From: Eledone cirrhosa
Lineage: Eukaryota
DNA: 64,000 nucleotides
NCBI GenBank assembly: GCA_964016885.1
Contig: OZ024740.1
Span: 88,164,001-88,228,000 of the forward strand
Direction of reading: 5' to 3'
Program-made: the position numbers and the translations under genes
The notes under the pieces: model-generated
What the model saw: only the letters and a program-made list of their open reading frames with translations
Database searches by the model: none
Told to the model about the DNA's origin: nothing
Shown: one piece after another, positions 24,201 through 38,800 of the stretch
How positions within the stretch are numbered: position 1 is the first letter of the stretch
Layout: each line of letters begins with the position of its first letter

Positions 24201-27200
24201 TAGTAACAACAACACTGACACAGCAACATGTCGTGGTAGAGATTACAGTGTCAATAACACCAGTAATACAATGACATGTTGTGGTAGAAGTTTGACAGTA
24301 ACAACAACAACACTGACACAGCAACATGCTGTGCTAGAGATAACAGTGGCAGTAACACCAGTAATACAATGACATGTTGTGGTAGAAGTATGACAGTAAC
24401 AACAACAACACTGACACAGCAACATGTGGTAGAGATAACTGTGTCAGTAACACCAGTAATACAATGACATGTTGTGGTAGAAGTATGACAGTAACAACAA
24501 CACTGACACAGCAACATGCTGTGGTAGAGATTACAGTGTCAGTAACACCAGTAATACAATGACATGTTGTGGTAGAAGTATGATAGTAACAACAACACTG
24601 ACACAGCAACATGCTGTGGTAGAGATAGCAGTGTCAGTAACACCAGTAATACAATGACATGTTGTGGTAGAAGTATGACAGTAACAACAACAACAACACT
24701 GACACAGCAACATGCTGTGGTAGAGATAACAGTGTCAGTAACACCAGTAATACAATGACATGTTGTGGTAGAAGTATGACAGTAACAACAACAACACTGA
24801 CACAGCAACATGTTGTGGTAGAGATAACAGTGTCAGTAGCACCAGTAATACAATGACATGTTGTGGTAGAAGTATGACAGTAACAACAACACTGACACAG
24901 CAACAGGCTGTGGTAGAGATTACAGTGTCAGTAACACCATTAATACAATGACATGTTGTGGTAGAAGTATGACAGTAACAACAACAACACTGACACAGCA
25001 ACATGTTGCGGTAGAGATAACAGTGTCAGTAACACCAGTAATACGATGACATGTTGTGGTAGAAGTATGACAGTAACAACAACACTGACACAGCAACAGG
25101 CTGTGGTAGAGATTACAGTGTCAGTAATACCAGTAATACAATGACATGTTGTGGTAGAAGTATGACAGTAACAACAACAACACTGACACAGCAACATGCT
25201 GTGGTAGAGATAACGGTGTCAGTAACACCAGTAATACAATGGCATGTTGTGGTAGAAGTATGACAGTAACAACAACAACACTGACACAGCAACATGTTGT
25301 GGTAGAGATAACGGTGTCAGTAACACCAGTAATACAATGGCATGTTGTGGTAGAAGTATGACAGTAACAACAACAACACTGACACAGCAACATGTTGTGG
25401 TAGAGATAACGGTGTCAGTAACACCAGTAATACAATGGCATGTTGTGGTAGAAGTATGACAGTAACAACAACACTGACACAGCAACATGTTGTGGTAGAG
25501 ATAACGGTGTCAGTAACACCAGTAATACAATGACATGTTGTGGTAGAAGTATGACAGTAACAACAACAGGACTGACACAGCAACATGTTGTGGTAGAGAT
25601 AACGGTGTCAGTAACACCAGTAATACAATGACATGTTGTGGTAGAAGTATGACAGTAACAACAACAACACTGACACAGCAACATGCTGTGGTAGAGATTA
25701 CAGTGTCAGTAACACCAGTAATACAATGACATGTTGTGGTAGAAGTATGACAGTAACAACAACACTGACACAGCAACATGCTGTGGTAGAGATAACAGTG
25801 TCAGTAACACCAGTAATACAATGACATGTTGTGGTAGAAGTATGACAGTAACAACAACACTGACACAGCAACATGCTGTGGTAGAGATAATAGTGTCAGT
25901 AACACCAGTAATACAATGACATGTTGTGGTAGAAGTATGACAGTAACAACAACACTGACACAGCAACATGCTGTGGTAGAGATTACAGTGTCAGTAACAC
26001 CAGTAATACAATGACATGTTGTGTTAGAAGTATGACAGTAACAACAACAACACTGACACAGCAACATGCTGTGGTAGAGATTACAGTGTCAGTAACACCA
26101 GTAATACAATGACATGTTGTGGTAGAAGTATGACAGTAACAACAACAACACTGACACAGGAACATGCTGTGGTAGAGATAATAGTGTCAGTAACACCAGT
26201 AATACAATGACATGTTGTGGTAGAAGTATGACAGTAACAACAACACTGACACAGCAACATGCTGTGGTAGAAGTAACAGTGGCAGTAACACCAGTAATAC
26301 AATGACATGTTGTGGTAGAAGTATGACAGTAACAACAACAACACTGACACAGCAACATGCTGTGGTAGAGATAATAGTGTCAGTAACACCAGTAATACAA
26401 TGACATGCTGTGGTAGAAGTATGACAGTAACAACAACACTGACACAGCAACATGCTGTGGTAGAAGTAACAGTGGCAGTAACACCAGTAATACAATGACA
26501 TGTTGTGGTAGAAGTATGACAGTAACAACAACAACACTGACACAGCAACATGCTTTGGTAGAGATAATAGTGTCAGTAACACCAGTAATACAATGACATG
26601 TTGTGGTAGAAGTATGACAGTAACAACAACACTGACACAGCAACATGCTGTGGTAGAGATAACGGTGTCAGTAACACCAGTAATACAATGACATGTTGTG
26701 GTAGAAGTATGACAGTAACAACAACACTGACACAGCAACATGCTGTGGTAGAGATAACAGTGTCAGTAACACCAGTAATACAATGACATGTTGTGGTAGA
26801 AGTATGATAGTAACAACAACACTGACACAGCAACATGCTGTGGTAGAAGTAACAGTGGCAGTAACACCAGTAATACAATGACATGTTGTGGTAGAAGTAT
26901 GACAGTAACAACAACAACACTGACACAGCAACATGCTTTGGTAGAGATAATAGTGTCAGTAACACCAGTAATACAATGACATGTTGTGGTAGAAGTGTGA
27001 CAGTAACAACAACACTGACACAGCAACATGTTGTGGTAGAGATTACAGTGTCAATAACACCAGTAATACAATGACATGTTGTGGTAGAAGTATGACAGTA
27101 ACAACAACAACACTGACACAGCAACATGTTGTGGTAGAGATTACAGTGTCAGTAACACCAGTAATACAATGACATGTTGTGGTAGAAGTATGACAGTAAC

Positions 27201-28640
27201 AACAACAACACTGACACAGCAACATGCTGTGGTAGAGATTACAGTGTCAGTAACACCAGTAATACAATGACATGTTGTGGTAGAAGTATGATAGTAACAA
27301 CAACACTGACACAGCAACATGCTGTGGTAGAGATAACAGTGTCAGTAACACCAGTAATACAATGACATGTTGTGGTAGAAGTATGACAGTAACAACAACA
27401 ACAACACTGACACAGCAACATGCTGTGGTAGAGATAACAGTGTCAGTAACACCAGTAATACAATGACATGTTGTGGTAGAAGTATGACAGTAACAACAAC
27501 AACACTGACACAGCAACATGTTGTGGTAGAGATAACAGTGTCAGTAGCACCAGTAATACAATGACATGTTGTGGTAGAAGTATGACAGTAACAACAACAA
27601 CACTGACACAACAACATGTTGTGGTAGAGACAACAGAGTCAGTAACACCAGTAATACAATGACATGTTGTGGTAGAAGTATGACAGTAACAACAACAACA
27701 CTGACACAGCAACAGGCTGTGGTAGAGATAATAGTGTCAGTAACACCAGTAATACAATGACATGTTGTGGTAGAAGTATGACAGTAACAACAACACTGAC
27801 ACAGCAACATGCTGTGGTAGAGATAACAGTGTCAGTAACACCAGTAATACAATGACATGTTGTGGTAGAAGTATGACAGTAACAACAACACTGACACAGC
27901 AACATGCTGTGGTAGAGATAACAGTGTCAGTAACACCAGTAATACAATGACATGTTGTGGTAGAAGTATGATAGTAACAACAACACTGACACAGCAACAT
28001 GTCGTGGTGGAGATTACAGTGTCAATAACACCAGTAATACAATGACATGTTGTGGTAGAAGTTTGACAGTAACAACAACAACACTGACACAGCAACATGC
28101 TGTGCTAGAGATAACAGTGGCAGTAACACCAGTAATACAATGACATGTTGTGGTAGAAGTATGACAGTAACAACAACAACACTGACACAGCAACATGTGG
28201 TAGAGATAACTGTGTCAGTAACACCAGTAATACAATGACATGTTGTGGTAGAAGTATGACAGTAACAACAACACTGACACAGCAACATGCTGTGGTAGAG
28301 ATTACAGTGTCAGTAACACCAGTAATACAATGACATGTTGTGGTAGAAGTATGATAGTAACAACAACACTGACACAGCAACATGCTGTGGTAGAGATAGC
28401 AGTGTCAGTAACACCAGTAATACAATGACATGTTGTGGTAGAAGTATGACAGTAACAACAACAACAACACTGACACAGCAACATGCTGTGGTAGAGATAA
28501 TAGTGTCAGTAACACCAGTAATACAATGACATGTTGTGGTAGAAGTATGACAGTAACAACAACACTGACACAGCAACATGTTGTGGTAGAGATAACAGTG
28601 TCAGTAGCACCAGTAATACAATGACATGTTGTGGTAGAAG
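21290..28640. repeat. Higher-order tandem duplication, period 3578-3771 bp (~37-39 monomers)
   Basis: Offset is 3578 at 21362/24940, then 3771 from 21739/25510 to 24531/28302. The 193-bp difference equals two extra TGGCATG-type monomers. Confidence 0.88.
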
Positions 28641-29700
28641 TATGACAGTAACAACAACAACACTGACACAACAACATGTTGTGGTAGAGATAACAGAGTC
28701 AGTAACACCAGTAATACAATGACATGTTGTGGTAGAAGTATGACAGTAACAGCAACACTGACACAGCAACATGCTGTAGTAGAGATTACAGTGTCAGTAA
28801 CACCAGTAAAACAATGACATGTTGTGGTAGAAGTATGACAGTAACAACAACACTGACACAGCAACATGCTGTGGTAGAGATAACAGTGTCAGTAACACCA
28901 GTAATACAATGACATGTTGTGGTAGAAGTATGATAGTAACAACAACACTGACACAGCAACATGCTGTGGTAGAAGTAACAGTGGCAGTAACACCAGTAAT
29001 ACAATGACATGTTGTGGTAGAAGTATGACAGTAACAACAACAACACTGACACAGCAACATGCTTTGGTAGAGATAATAGTGTCAGTAACACCAGTAATAC
29101 AATGACATGTTGTGGTAGAAGTGTGACAGTAACAACAACACTGACACAGCAACATGTTGTGGTAGAGATTACAGTGTCAATAACACCAGTAATACAATGA
29201 CATGTTGTGGTAGAAGTATGACAGTAACAACAACAACACTGACACAGCAACATGTTGTGGTAGAGATTACAGTGTCAGTAACACCAGTAATACAATGACA
29301 TGTTGTGGTAGAAGTATGACAGTAACAACAACAACACTGACACAGCAACATGCTGTGGTAGAGATTACAGTGTCAGTAACACCAGTAATACAATGACATG
29401 TTGTGGTAGAAGTATGACAGTAACAACAACAACACTGACACAGCAACATGCTTTGGTAGAGATAATAGTGTCAGTAACACCAGTAATACAATGACATGTT
29501 GTGGTAGAAGTGTGACAGTAACAACAACACTGACACAGCAACATGTTGTGGTAGAGATTACAGTGTCAATAACACCAGTAATACAATGACATGTTGTGGT
29601 AGAAGTATGACAGTAACAACAACAACAACACTGACACAGCAACATGTTGTGGTAGAGATAACAGTGTCAGTAGCACCAGTAATACAATGACATGTTGTGG

Positions 29701-32700
29701 TAGAAGTATGACAGTAACAACAACAACACTGGCACAACAACATGTTGTGGTAGAGATGACGGTGTCAGTAACACCAGTAATACAATGACATGTTGTGGTA
29801 GAAGTATGACATTAACAACAACAACACTGACACAGCAACATGTTGTGGTAGAGATTACAGTGTCAGTAACACCAGTATTACAATGACATGTTGTGGTAGA
29901 AGTATGACAGTAACAACAACAACACTGACACAGCAACATGTTGTGGTAGAGATTACAGTGTCAGTAACACCAGTAATACAATGACATGTTGTGGTAGAAG
30001 TATGACAGTAACAACAACAACACTGACACAGCAACATGTTGCGGTAGAGATAACAGTGTCAGTAACACCAGTAATACAATGACATGTTGTGGTAGAAGTA
30101 TGACAGTAACAACAACACTGACACAGCAACAGGCTGTGGTAGAGATTACAGTGTCAGTAACACCATTAATACAATGACATGTTGTGGTAGAAGTATGACA
30201 GTAACAACAACAACACTGACACAGCAACATGTTGCGGTAGAGATAACAGTGTCAGTAACACCAGTAATACGATGACATGTTGTGGTAGAAGTATGACAGT
30301 AACAACAACACTGACACAGCAACAGGCTGTGGTAGAGATTACAGTGTCAGTAATACCAGTAATACAATGACATGTTGTGGTAGAAGTATGACAGTAACAA
30401 CAACAACACTGACACAGCAACATGCTGTGGTAGAGATAACGGTGTCAGTAACACCAGTAATACAATGGCATGTTGTGGTAGAAGTATGACAGTAACAACA
30501 ACAACACTGACACAGCAACATGTTGTGGTAGAGATAACGGTGTCAGTAACACCAGTAATACAATGGCATGTTGTGGTAGAAGTATGACAGTAACAACAAC
30601 AACACTGACACAGCAACATGTTGTGGTAGAGATAACGGTGTCAGTAACACCAGTAATACAATGGCATGTTGTGGTAGAAGTATGACAGTAACAACAACAC
30701 TGACACAGCAACATGTTGTGGTAGAGATAACGGTGTCAGTAACACCAGTAATACAATGACATGTTGTGGTAGAAGTATGACAGTAACAACAACAGGACTG
30801 ACACAGCAACATGTTGTGGTAGAGATAACGGTGTCAGTAACACCAGTAATACAATGACATGTTGTGGTAGAAGTATGACAGTAACAACAACAACACTGAC
30901 ACAGCAACATGCTGTGGTAGAGATTACAGTGTCAGTAACACCAGTAATACAATGACATGTTGTGGTAGAAGTATGACAGTAACAACAACACTGACACAGC
31001 AACATGCTGTGGTAGAGATAACAGTGTCAGTAACACCAGTAATACAATGACATGTTGTGGTAGAAGTATGACAGTAACAACAACACTGACACAGCAACAT
31101 GCTGTGGTAGAGATAATAGTGTCAGTAACACCAGTAATACAATGACATGTTGTGGTAGAAGTATGACAGTAACAACAACACTGACACAGCAACATGCTGT
31201 GGTAGAGATTACAGTGTCAGTAACACCAGTAATACAATGACATGTTGTGTTAGAAGTATGACAGTAACAACAACAACACTGGCACAACAACATGTTGTGG
31301 TAGAGATGACGGTGTCAGTAACACCAGTAATACAATGACATGTTGTGGTAGAAGTATGACATTAACAACAACAACACTGACACAGCAACATGTTGTGGTA
31401 GAGATTACAGTGTCAGTAACACCAGTATTACAATGACATGTTGTGGTAGAAGTATGACAGTAACAACAACAACACTGACACAGCAACATGTTGTGGTAGA
31501 GATTACAGTGTCAGTAACACCAGTAATACAATGACATGTTGTGGTAGAAGTATGACAGTAACAACAACAACACTGACACAGCAACATGTTGCGGTAGAGA
31601 TAACAGTGTCAGTAACACCAGTAATACAATGACATGTTGTGGTAGAAGTATGACAGTAACAACAACACTGACACAGCAACAGGCTGTGGTAGAGATTACA
31701 GTGTCAGTAACACCATTAATACAATGACATGTTGTGGTAGAAGTATGACAGTAACAACAACAACACTGACACAGCAACATGTTGCGGTAGAGATAACAGT
31801 GTCAGTAACACCAGTAATACGATGACATGTTGTGGTAGAAGTATGACAGTAACAACAACACTGACACAGCAACAGGCTGTGGTAGAGATTACAGTGTCAG
31901 TAATACCAGTAATACAATGACATGTTGTGGTAGAAGTATGACAGTAACAACAACAACACTGACACAGCAACATGCTGTGGTAGAGATAACGGTGTCAGTA
32001 ACACCAGTAATACAATGGCATGTTGTGGTAGAAGTATGACAGTAACAACAACAACACTGACACAGCAACATGTTGTGGTAGAGATAACGGTGTCAGTAAC
32101 ACCAGTAATACAATGGCATGTTGTGGTAGAAGTATGACAGTAACAACAACAACACTGACACAGCAACATGTTGTGGTAGAGATAACGGTGTCAGTAACAC
32201 CAGTAATACAATGGCATGTTGTGGTAGAAGTATGACAGTAACAACAACACTGACACAGCAACATGTTGTGGTAGAGATAACGGTGTCAGTAACACCAGTA
32301 ATACAATGACATGTTGTGGTAGAAGTATGACAGTAACAACAACAGGACTGACACAGCAACATGTTGTGGTAGAGATAACGGTGTCAGTAACACCAGTAAT
32401 ACAATGACATGTTGTGGTAGAAGTATGACAGTAACAACAACAACACTGACACAGCAACATGCTGTGGTAGAGATTACAGTGTCAGTAACACCAGTAATAC
32501 AATGACATGTTGTGGTAGAAGTATGACAGTAACAACAACACTGACACAGCAACATGCTGTGGTAGAGATAACAGTGTCAGTAACACCAGTAATACAATGA
32601 CATGTTGTGGTAGAAGTATGACAGTAACAACAACACTGACACAGCAACATGCTGTGGTAGAGATAATAGTGTCAGTAACACCAGTAATACAATGACATGT

Positions 32701-32831
32701 TGTGGTAGAAGTATGACAGTAACAACAACACTGACACAGCAACATGCTGTGGTAGAGATTACAGTGTCAGTAACACCAGTAATACAATGACATGTTGTGT
32801 TAGAAGTATGACAGTAACAACAACAACACTG
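29701..32831. repeat. Higher-order tandem duplication, period 1550 bp (16 monomers), apparently identical copies
   Basis: Constant 1550 offset for ORFs 29855/31405 to 31027/32577. Both copies begin with CTGGCACAACAACATGTTGTGGTAGAGATGACGG (~29729 and ~31279). Confidence 0.92.
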
Positions 32832-35800
32832 ACACAGCAACATGCTGTGGTAGAGATTACAGTGTCAGTAACACCAGTAATACAATGACATGTTGTGGTA
32901 GAAGTATGACAGTAACAACAACAACACTGACACAGGAACATGCTGTGGTAGAGATAATAGTGTCAGTAACACCAGTAATACAATGACATGTTGTGGTAGA
33001 AGTATGACAGTAACAACAACACTGACACAGCAACATGCTGTGGTAGAAGTAACAGTGGCAGTAACACCAGTAATACAATGACATGTTGTGGTAGAAGTAT
33101 GACAGTAACAACAACAACACTGACACAGCAACATGCTGTGGTAGAGATAATAGTGTCAGTAACACCAGTAATACAATGACATGCTGTGGTAGAAGTATGA
33201 CAGTAACAACAACACTGACACAGCAACATGCTGTGGTAGAAGTAACAGTGGCAGTAACACCAGTAATACAATGACATGTTGTGGTAGAAGTATGACAGTA
33301 ACAACAACAACACTGACACAGCAACATGCTTTGGTAGAGATAATAGTGTCAGTAACACCAGTAATACAATGACATGTTGTGGTAGAAGTATGACAGTAAC
33401 AACAACACTGACACAGCAACATGCTGTGGTAGAGATAACAGTGTCAGTAACACCAGTAATACAATGACATGTTGTGGTAGAAGTATGATAGTAACAACAA
33501 CACTGACACAGCAACATGCTGTGGTAGAAGTAACAGTGGCAGTAACACCAGTAATACAATGACATGTTGTGGTAGAAGTATGACAGTAACAACAACAACA
33601 CTGACACAGCAACATGCTTTGGTAGAGATAATAGTGTCAGTAACACCAGTAATACAATGACATGTTGTGGTAGAAGTGTGACAGTAACAACAACACTGAC
33701 ACAGCAACATGTTGTGGTAGAGATTACAGTGTCAATAACACCAGTAATACAATGACATGTTGTGGTAGAAGTATGACAGTAACAACAACAACACTGACAC
33801 AGCAACATGTTGTGGTAGAGATTACAGTGTCAGTAACACCAGTAATACAATGACATGTTGTGGTAGAAGTATGACAGTAACAACAACAACACTGACACAG
33901 CAACATGCTGTGGTAGAGATTACAGTGTCAGTAACACCAGTAATACAATGACATGTTGTGGTAGAAGTATGATAGTAACAACAACACTGACACAGCAACA
34001 TGCTGTGGTAGAGATAACAGTGTCAGTAACACCAGTAATACAATGACATGTTGTGGTAGAAGTATGACAGTAACAACAACAACAACACTGACACAGCAAC
34101 ATGCTGTGGTAGAGATAACAGTGTCAGTAACACCAGTAATACAATGACATGTTGTGGTAGAAGTATGACAGTAACAACAACAACACTGACACAGCAACAT
34201 GTTGTGGTAGAGATAACAGTGTCAGTAGCACCAGTAATACAATGACATGTTGTGGTAGAAGTATGACAGTAACAACAACAACACTGACACAACAACATGT
34301 TGTGGTAGAGACAACAGAGTCAGTAACACCAGTAATACAATGACATGTTGTGGTAGAAGTATGACAGTAACAACAACAACACTGACACAGCAACAGGCTG
34401 TGGTAGAGATAATAGTGTCAGTAACACCAGTAATACAATGACATGTTGTGGTAGAAGTATGACAGTAACAACAACACTGACACAGCAACATGCTGTGGTA
34501 GAGATAACAGTGTCAGTAACACCAGTAATACAATGACATGTTGTGGTAGAAGTATGACAGTAACAACAACACTGACACAGCAACATGCTGTGGTAGAGAT
34601 AACAGTGTCAGTAACACCAGTAATACAATGACATGTTGTGGTAGAAGTATGATAGTAACAACAACACTGACACAGCAACATGTCGTGGTAGAGATTACAG
34701 TGTCAATAACACCAGTAATACAATGACATGTTGTGGTAGAAGTTTGACAGTAACAACAACAACACTGACACAGCAACATGCTGTGCTAGAGATAACAGTG
34801 GCAGTAACACCAGTAATACAATGACATGTTGTGGTAGAAGTATGACAGTAACAACAACAACACTGACACAGCAACATGTGGTAGAGATAACTGTGTCAGT
34901 AACACCAGTAATACAATGACATGTTGTGGTAGAAGTATGACAGTAACAACAACACTGACACAGCAACATGCTGTGGTAGAGATTACAGTGTCAGTAACAC
35001 CAGTAATACAATGACATGTTGTGGTAGAAGTATGATAGTAACAACAACACTGACACAGCAACATGCTGTGGTAGAGATAGCAGTGTCAGTAACACCAGTA
35101 ATACAATGACATGTTGTGGTAGAAGTATGACAGTAACAACAACAACAACACTGACACAGCAACATGCTGTGGTAGAGATAATAGTGTCAGTAACACCAGT
35201 AATACAATGACATGTTGTGGTAGAAGTATGACAGTAACAACAACAACACTGACACAGCAACATGTTGTGGTAGAGATAACAGTGTCAGTAGCACCAGTAA
35301 TACAATGACATGTTGTGGTAGAAGTATGACAGTAACAACAACAACACTGACACAACAACATGTTGTGGTAGAGATAACAGAGTCAGTAACACCAGTAATA
35401 CAATGACATGTTGTGGTAGAAGTATGACAGTAACAGCAACACTGACACAGCAACATGCTGTAGTAGAGATTACAGTGTCAGTAACACCAGTAAAACAATG
35501 ACATGTTGTGGTAGAAGTATGACAGTAACAACAACACTGACACAGCAACATGCTGTGGTAGAGATAACAGTGTCAGTAACACCAGTAATACAATGACATG
35601 TTGTGGTAGAAGTATGATAGTAACAACAACACTGACACAGCAACATGCTGTGGTAGAAGTAACAGTGGCAGTAACACCAGTAATACAATGACATGTTGTG
35701 GTAGAAGTATGACAGTAACAACAACAACACTGACACAGCAACATGCTTTGGTAGAGATAATAGTGTCAGTAACACCAGTAATACAATGACATGTTGTGGT

Positions 35801-38800
35801 AGAAGTGTGACAGTAACAACAACACTGACACAGCAACATGTTGTGGTAGAGATTACAGTGTCAATAACACCAGTAATACAATGACATGTTGTGGTAGAAG
35901 TATGACAGTAACAACAACAACACTGACACAGCAACATGTTGTGGTAGAGATTACAGTGTCAGTAACACCAGTAATACAATGACATGTTGTGGTAGAAGTA
36001 TGACAGTAACAACAACAACACTGACACAGCAACATGCTGTGGTAGAGATTACAGTGTCAGTAACACCAGTAATACAATGACATGTTGTGGTAGAAGTATG
36101 ACAGTAACAACAACAACACTGACACAGCAACATGCTTTGGTAGAGATAATAGTGTCAGTAACACCAGTAATACAATGACATGTTGTGGTAGAAGTGTGAC
36201 AGTAACAACAACACTGACACAGCAACATGTTGTGGTAGAGATTACAGTGTCAATAACACCAGTAATACAATGACATGTTGTGGTAGAAGTATGACAGTAA
36301 CAACAACAACAACACTGACACAGCAACATGTTGTGGTAGAGATAACAGTGTCAGTAGCACCAGTAATACAATGACATGTTGTGGTAGAAGTATGACAGTA
36401 ACAACAACAACACTGGCACAACAACATGTTGTGGTAGAGACAACAGAGTCAGTAACACCAGTAATACAATGACATGTTGTGGTAGAAGTATGACAGTAAC
36501 AACAACAACACTGACACAGCAACAGGCTGTGGTAGAGATAATAGTGTCAGTAACACCAGTAATACAATGACATGTTGTGGTAGAAGTATGACAGTAACAA
36601 CAACACTGACACAGCAACATGCTGTGGTAGAGATAACAGTGTCAGTAACACCAGTAATACAATGACATGTTGTGGTAGAAGTATGACAGTAACAACAACA
36701 CTGACACAGCAACATGCTGTGGTAGAGATAACAGTGTCAGTAACACCAGTAATACAATGACATGTTGTGGTAGAAGTATGATAGTAACAACAACACTGAC
36801 ACAGCAACATGTTGTGGTAGAGATTACAGTGTCAATAACACCAGTAATACAATGACATGTTGTGGTAGAAGTATGACAGTAACAACAACAACACTGACAC
36901 AGCAACATGTTGTGGTAGAGATTACAGTGTCAGTAACACCAGTAATACAATGACATGTTGTGGTAGAAGTATGACAGTAACAACAACAACACTGACACAG
37001 CAACATGTGGTAGAGATTACAGTGCCAGTAACACCAGTAATACAATGACATGTTGTGGTAGAAGTTTGACAGTAACAACAACAACTCTGACACAGCAACA
37101 TGCTGTGCTAGAGATAACAGTGGCAGTAACACCAGTAATACAATGACATGTTGTGGTAGAAGTATGACAGTAACAACAACAACACTGACACAGCAACATG
37201 TGGTAGAGATAACTGTGTCAGTAACACCAGTAATACAATGACATGTTGTGGTAGAAGTATGACAGTAACAACAACACTGACACAGCAACATGCTGTGGTA
37301 GAGATTACAGTGTCAGTAACACCAGTAATACAATGACATGTTGTGGTAGAAGTATGATAGTAACAACAACACTGACACAGCAACATGCTGTGGTAGAGAT
37401 AGCAGTGTCAATAACACCAGTAATACAATGACATGTTGTGGTAGAAGTATGACAGTAACAACAACAACAACACTGACACAGCAACATGCTGTGGTAGAGA
37501 TAATAGTGTCAGTAACACCAGTAATGCAATGACATGTTGTGGTAGAAGTATGACAGTAACAACAACAACACTGACACAGCAACATGTTGTGGTAGAGATA
37601 ACAGTGTCAGTAGCACCAGTAATACAATGACATGTTGTGGTAGAAGTATGACAGTAACAACAACAACACTGACACAACAACATGTTGTGGTAGAGATAAC
37701 AGAGTCAGTAACACCAGTAATACAATGACATGTTGTGGTAGAAGTATGACAGTAACAACAACACTGACACAACAACAGGCTGTGGTAGAGATTACAGTGT
37801 CAGTAACACCAGTAATACAATGACATGTTGTGGTAGAAGTATGACAGTAACAACAACAACACTGACACAGCAACATGTTGCGGTAGAGATAACAGTGTCA
37901 GTAACACCAGTAATACGATGACATGTTGTGGTAGAAGTATGACAGTAACAACAACACTGACACAGCAACAGGCTGTGGTAGAGATTACAGTGTCAGTAAC
38001 ACCAGTAATACAATGACATGTTGTGGTAGAAGTATGACAGTAACAACAACAACACTGACACAGCAACATGTTGTGGTAGAGATTACAGTGTCAGTAACAC
38101 CAGTAATACAATGACATATTGTGGTAGAAGTATGACAGTAACAACAACAACACTGACACAGCAACATGTTGTGGTAGAGATAACAGTGTCAGTAACACCA
38201 GTAACACAATGACATATTGTGGTAGAAGTATGACAGTAACAACAACACTCACACAGCAACATGCTGCGGTAGAAATAACGGTGTCAGTAACACCAGTAAT
38301 ACAATGACATGTTGTGGTAGAAGTATGACAATAACAGCAACAACACTGACACAGCAACATGTTGTGGTAGAGATAACAGTGTCAGTAACACCAGTAATAC
38401 AATGACATGTTGTGGTAGAAGTATGACAGTAACAACAACAACACTGACACAGCAACATGTTGTGGTAGAGATTACAGTGTCAGTAACACCAGTAATACAA
38501 TGACATGTTGTGGTAGAAGTATGACAATAACAGCAACAACACTGACACAGCAACATGTTGTGGTAGAGATAACAGTGTCAGTAACACCAGTAATACAATG
38601 ACATGTTGTGGTAGAAGTATGACAGTAACAACAACAACACTGACACAGCAACATGTTGTGGTAGAGATTACAGTGTCAGTAACACCAGTAATACAATGAC
38701 ATGTTGTGGTAGAAGTATGACAGTAACAACAACAACACTGACACAGCAACATGTCGTGGCAGAGATAACAGTGTCAGTAACACCAGTAATACAATGACAT

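Noticed and set aside
32963-33808. Longest ORF (281 aa), and similar ones at 54253-54981 and 58300-59076
   Set aside because: These arise by chance read-through where TGGC/GTGAG variants or the 26-bp duplication remove or bypass the single TGA. The product is a concatenation of all three frames.
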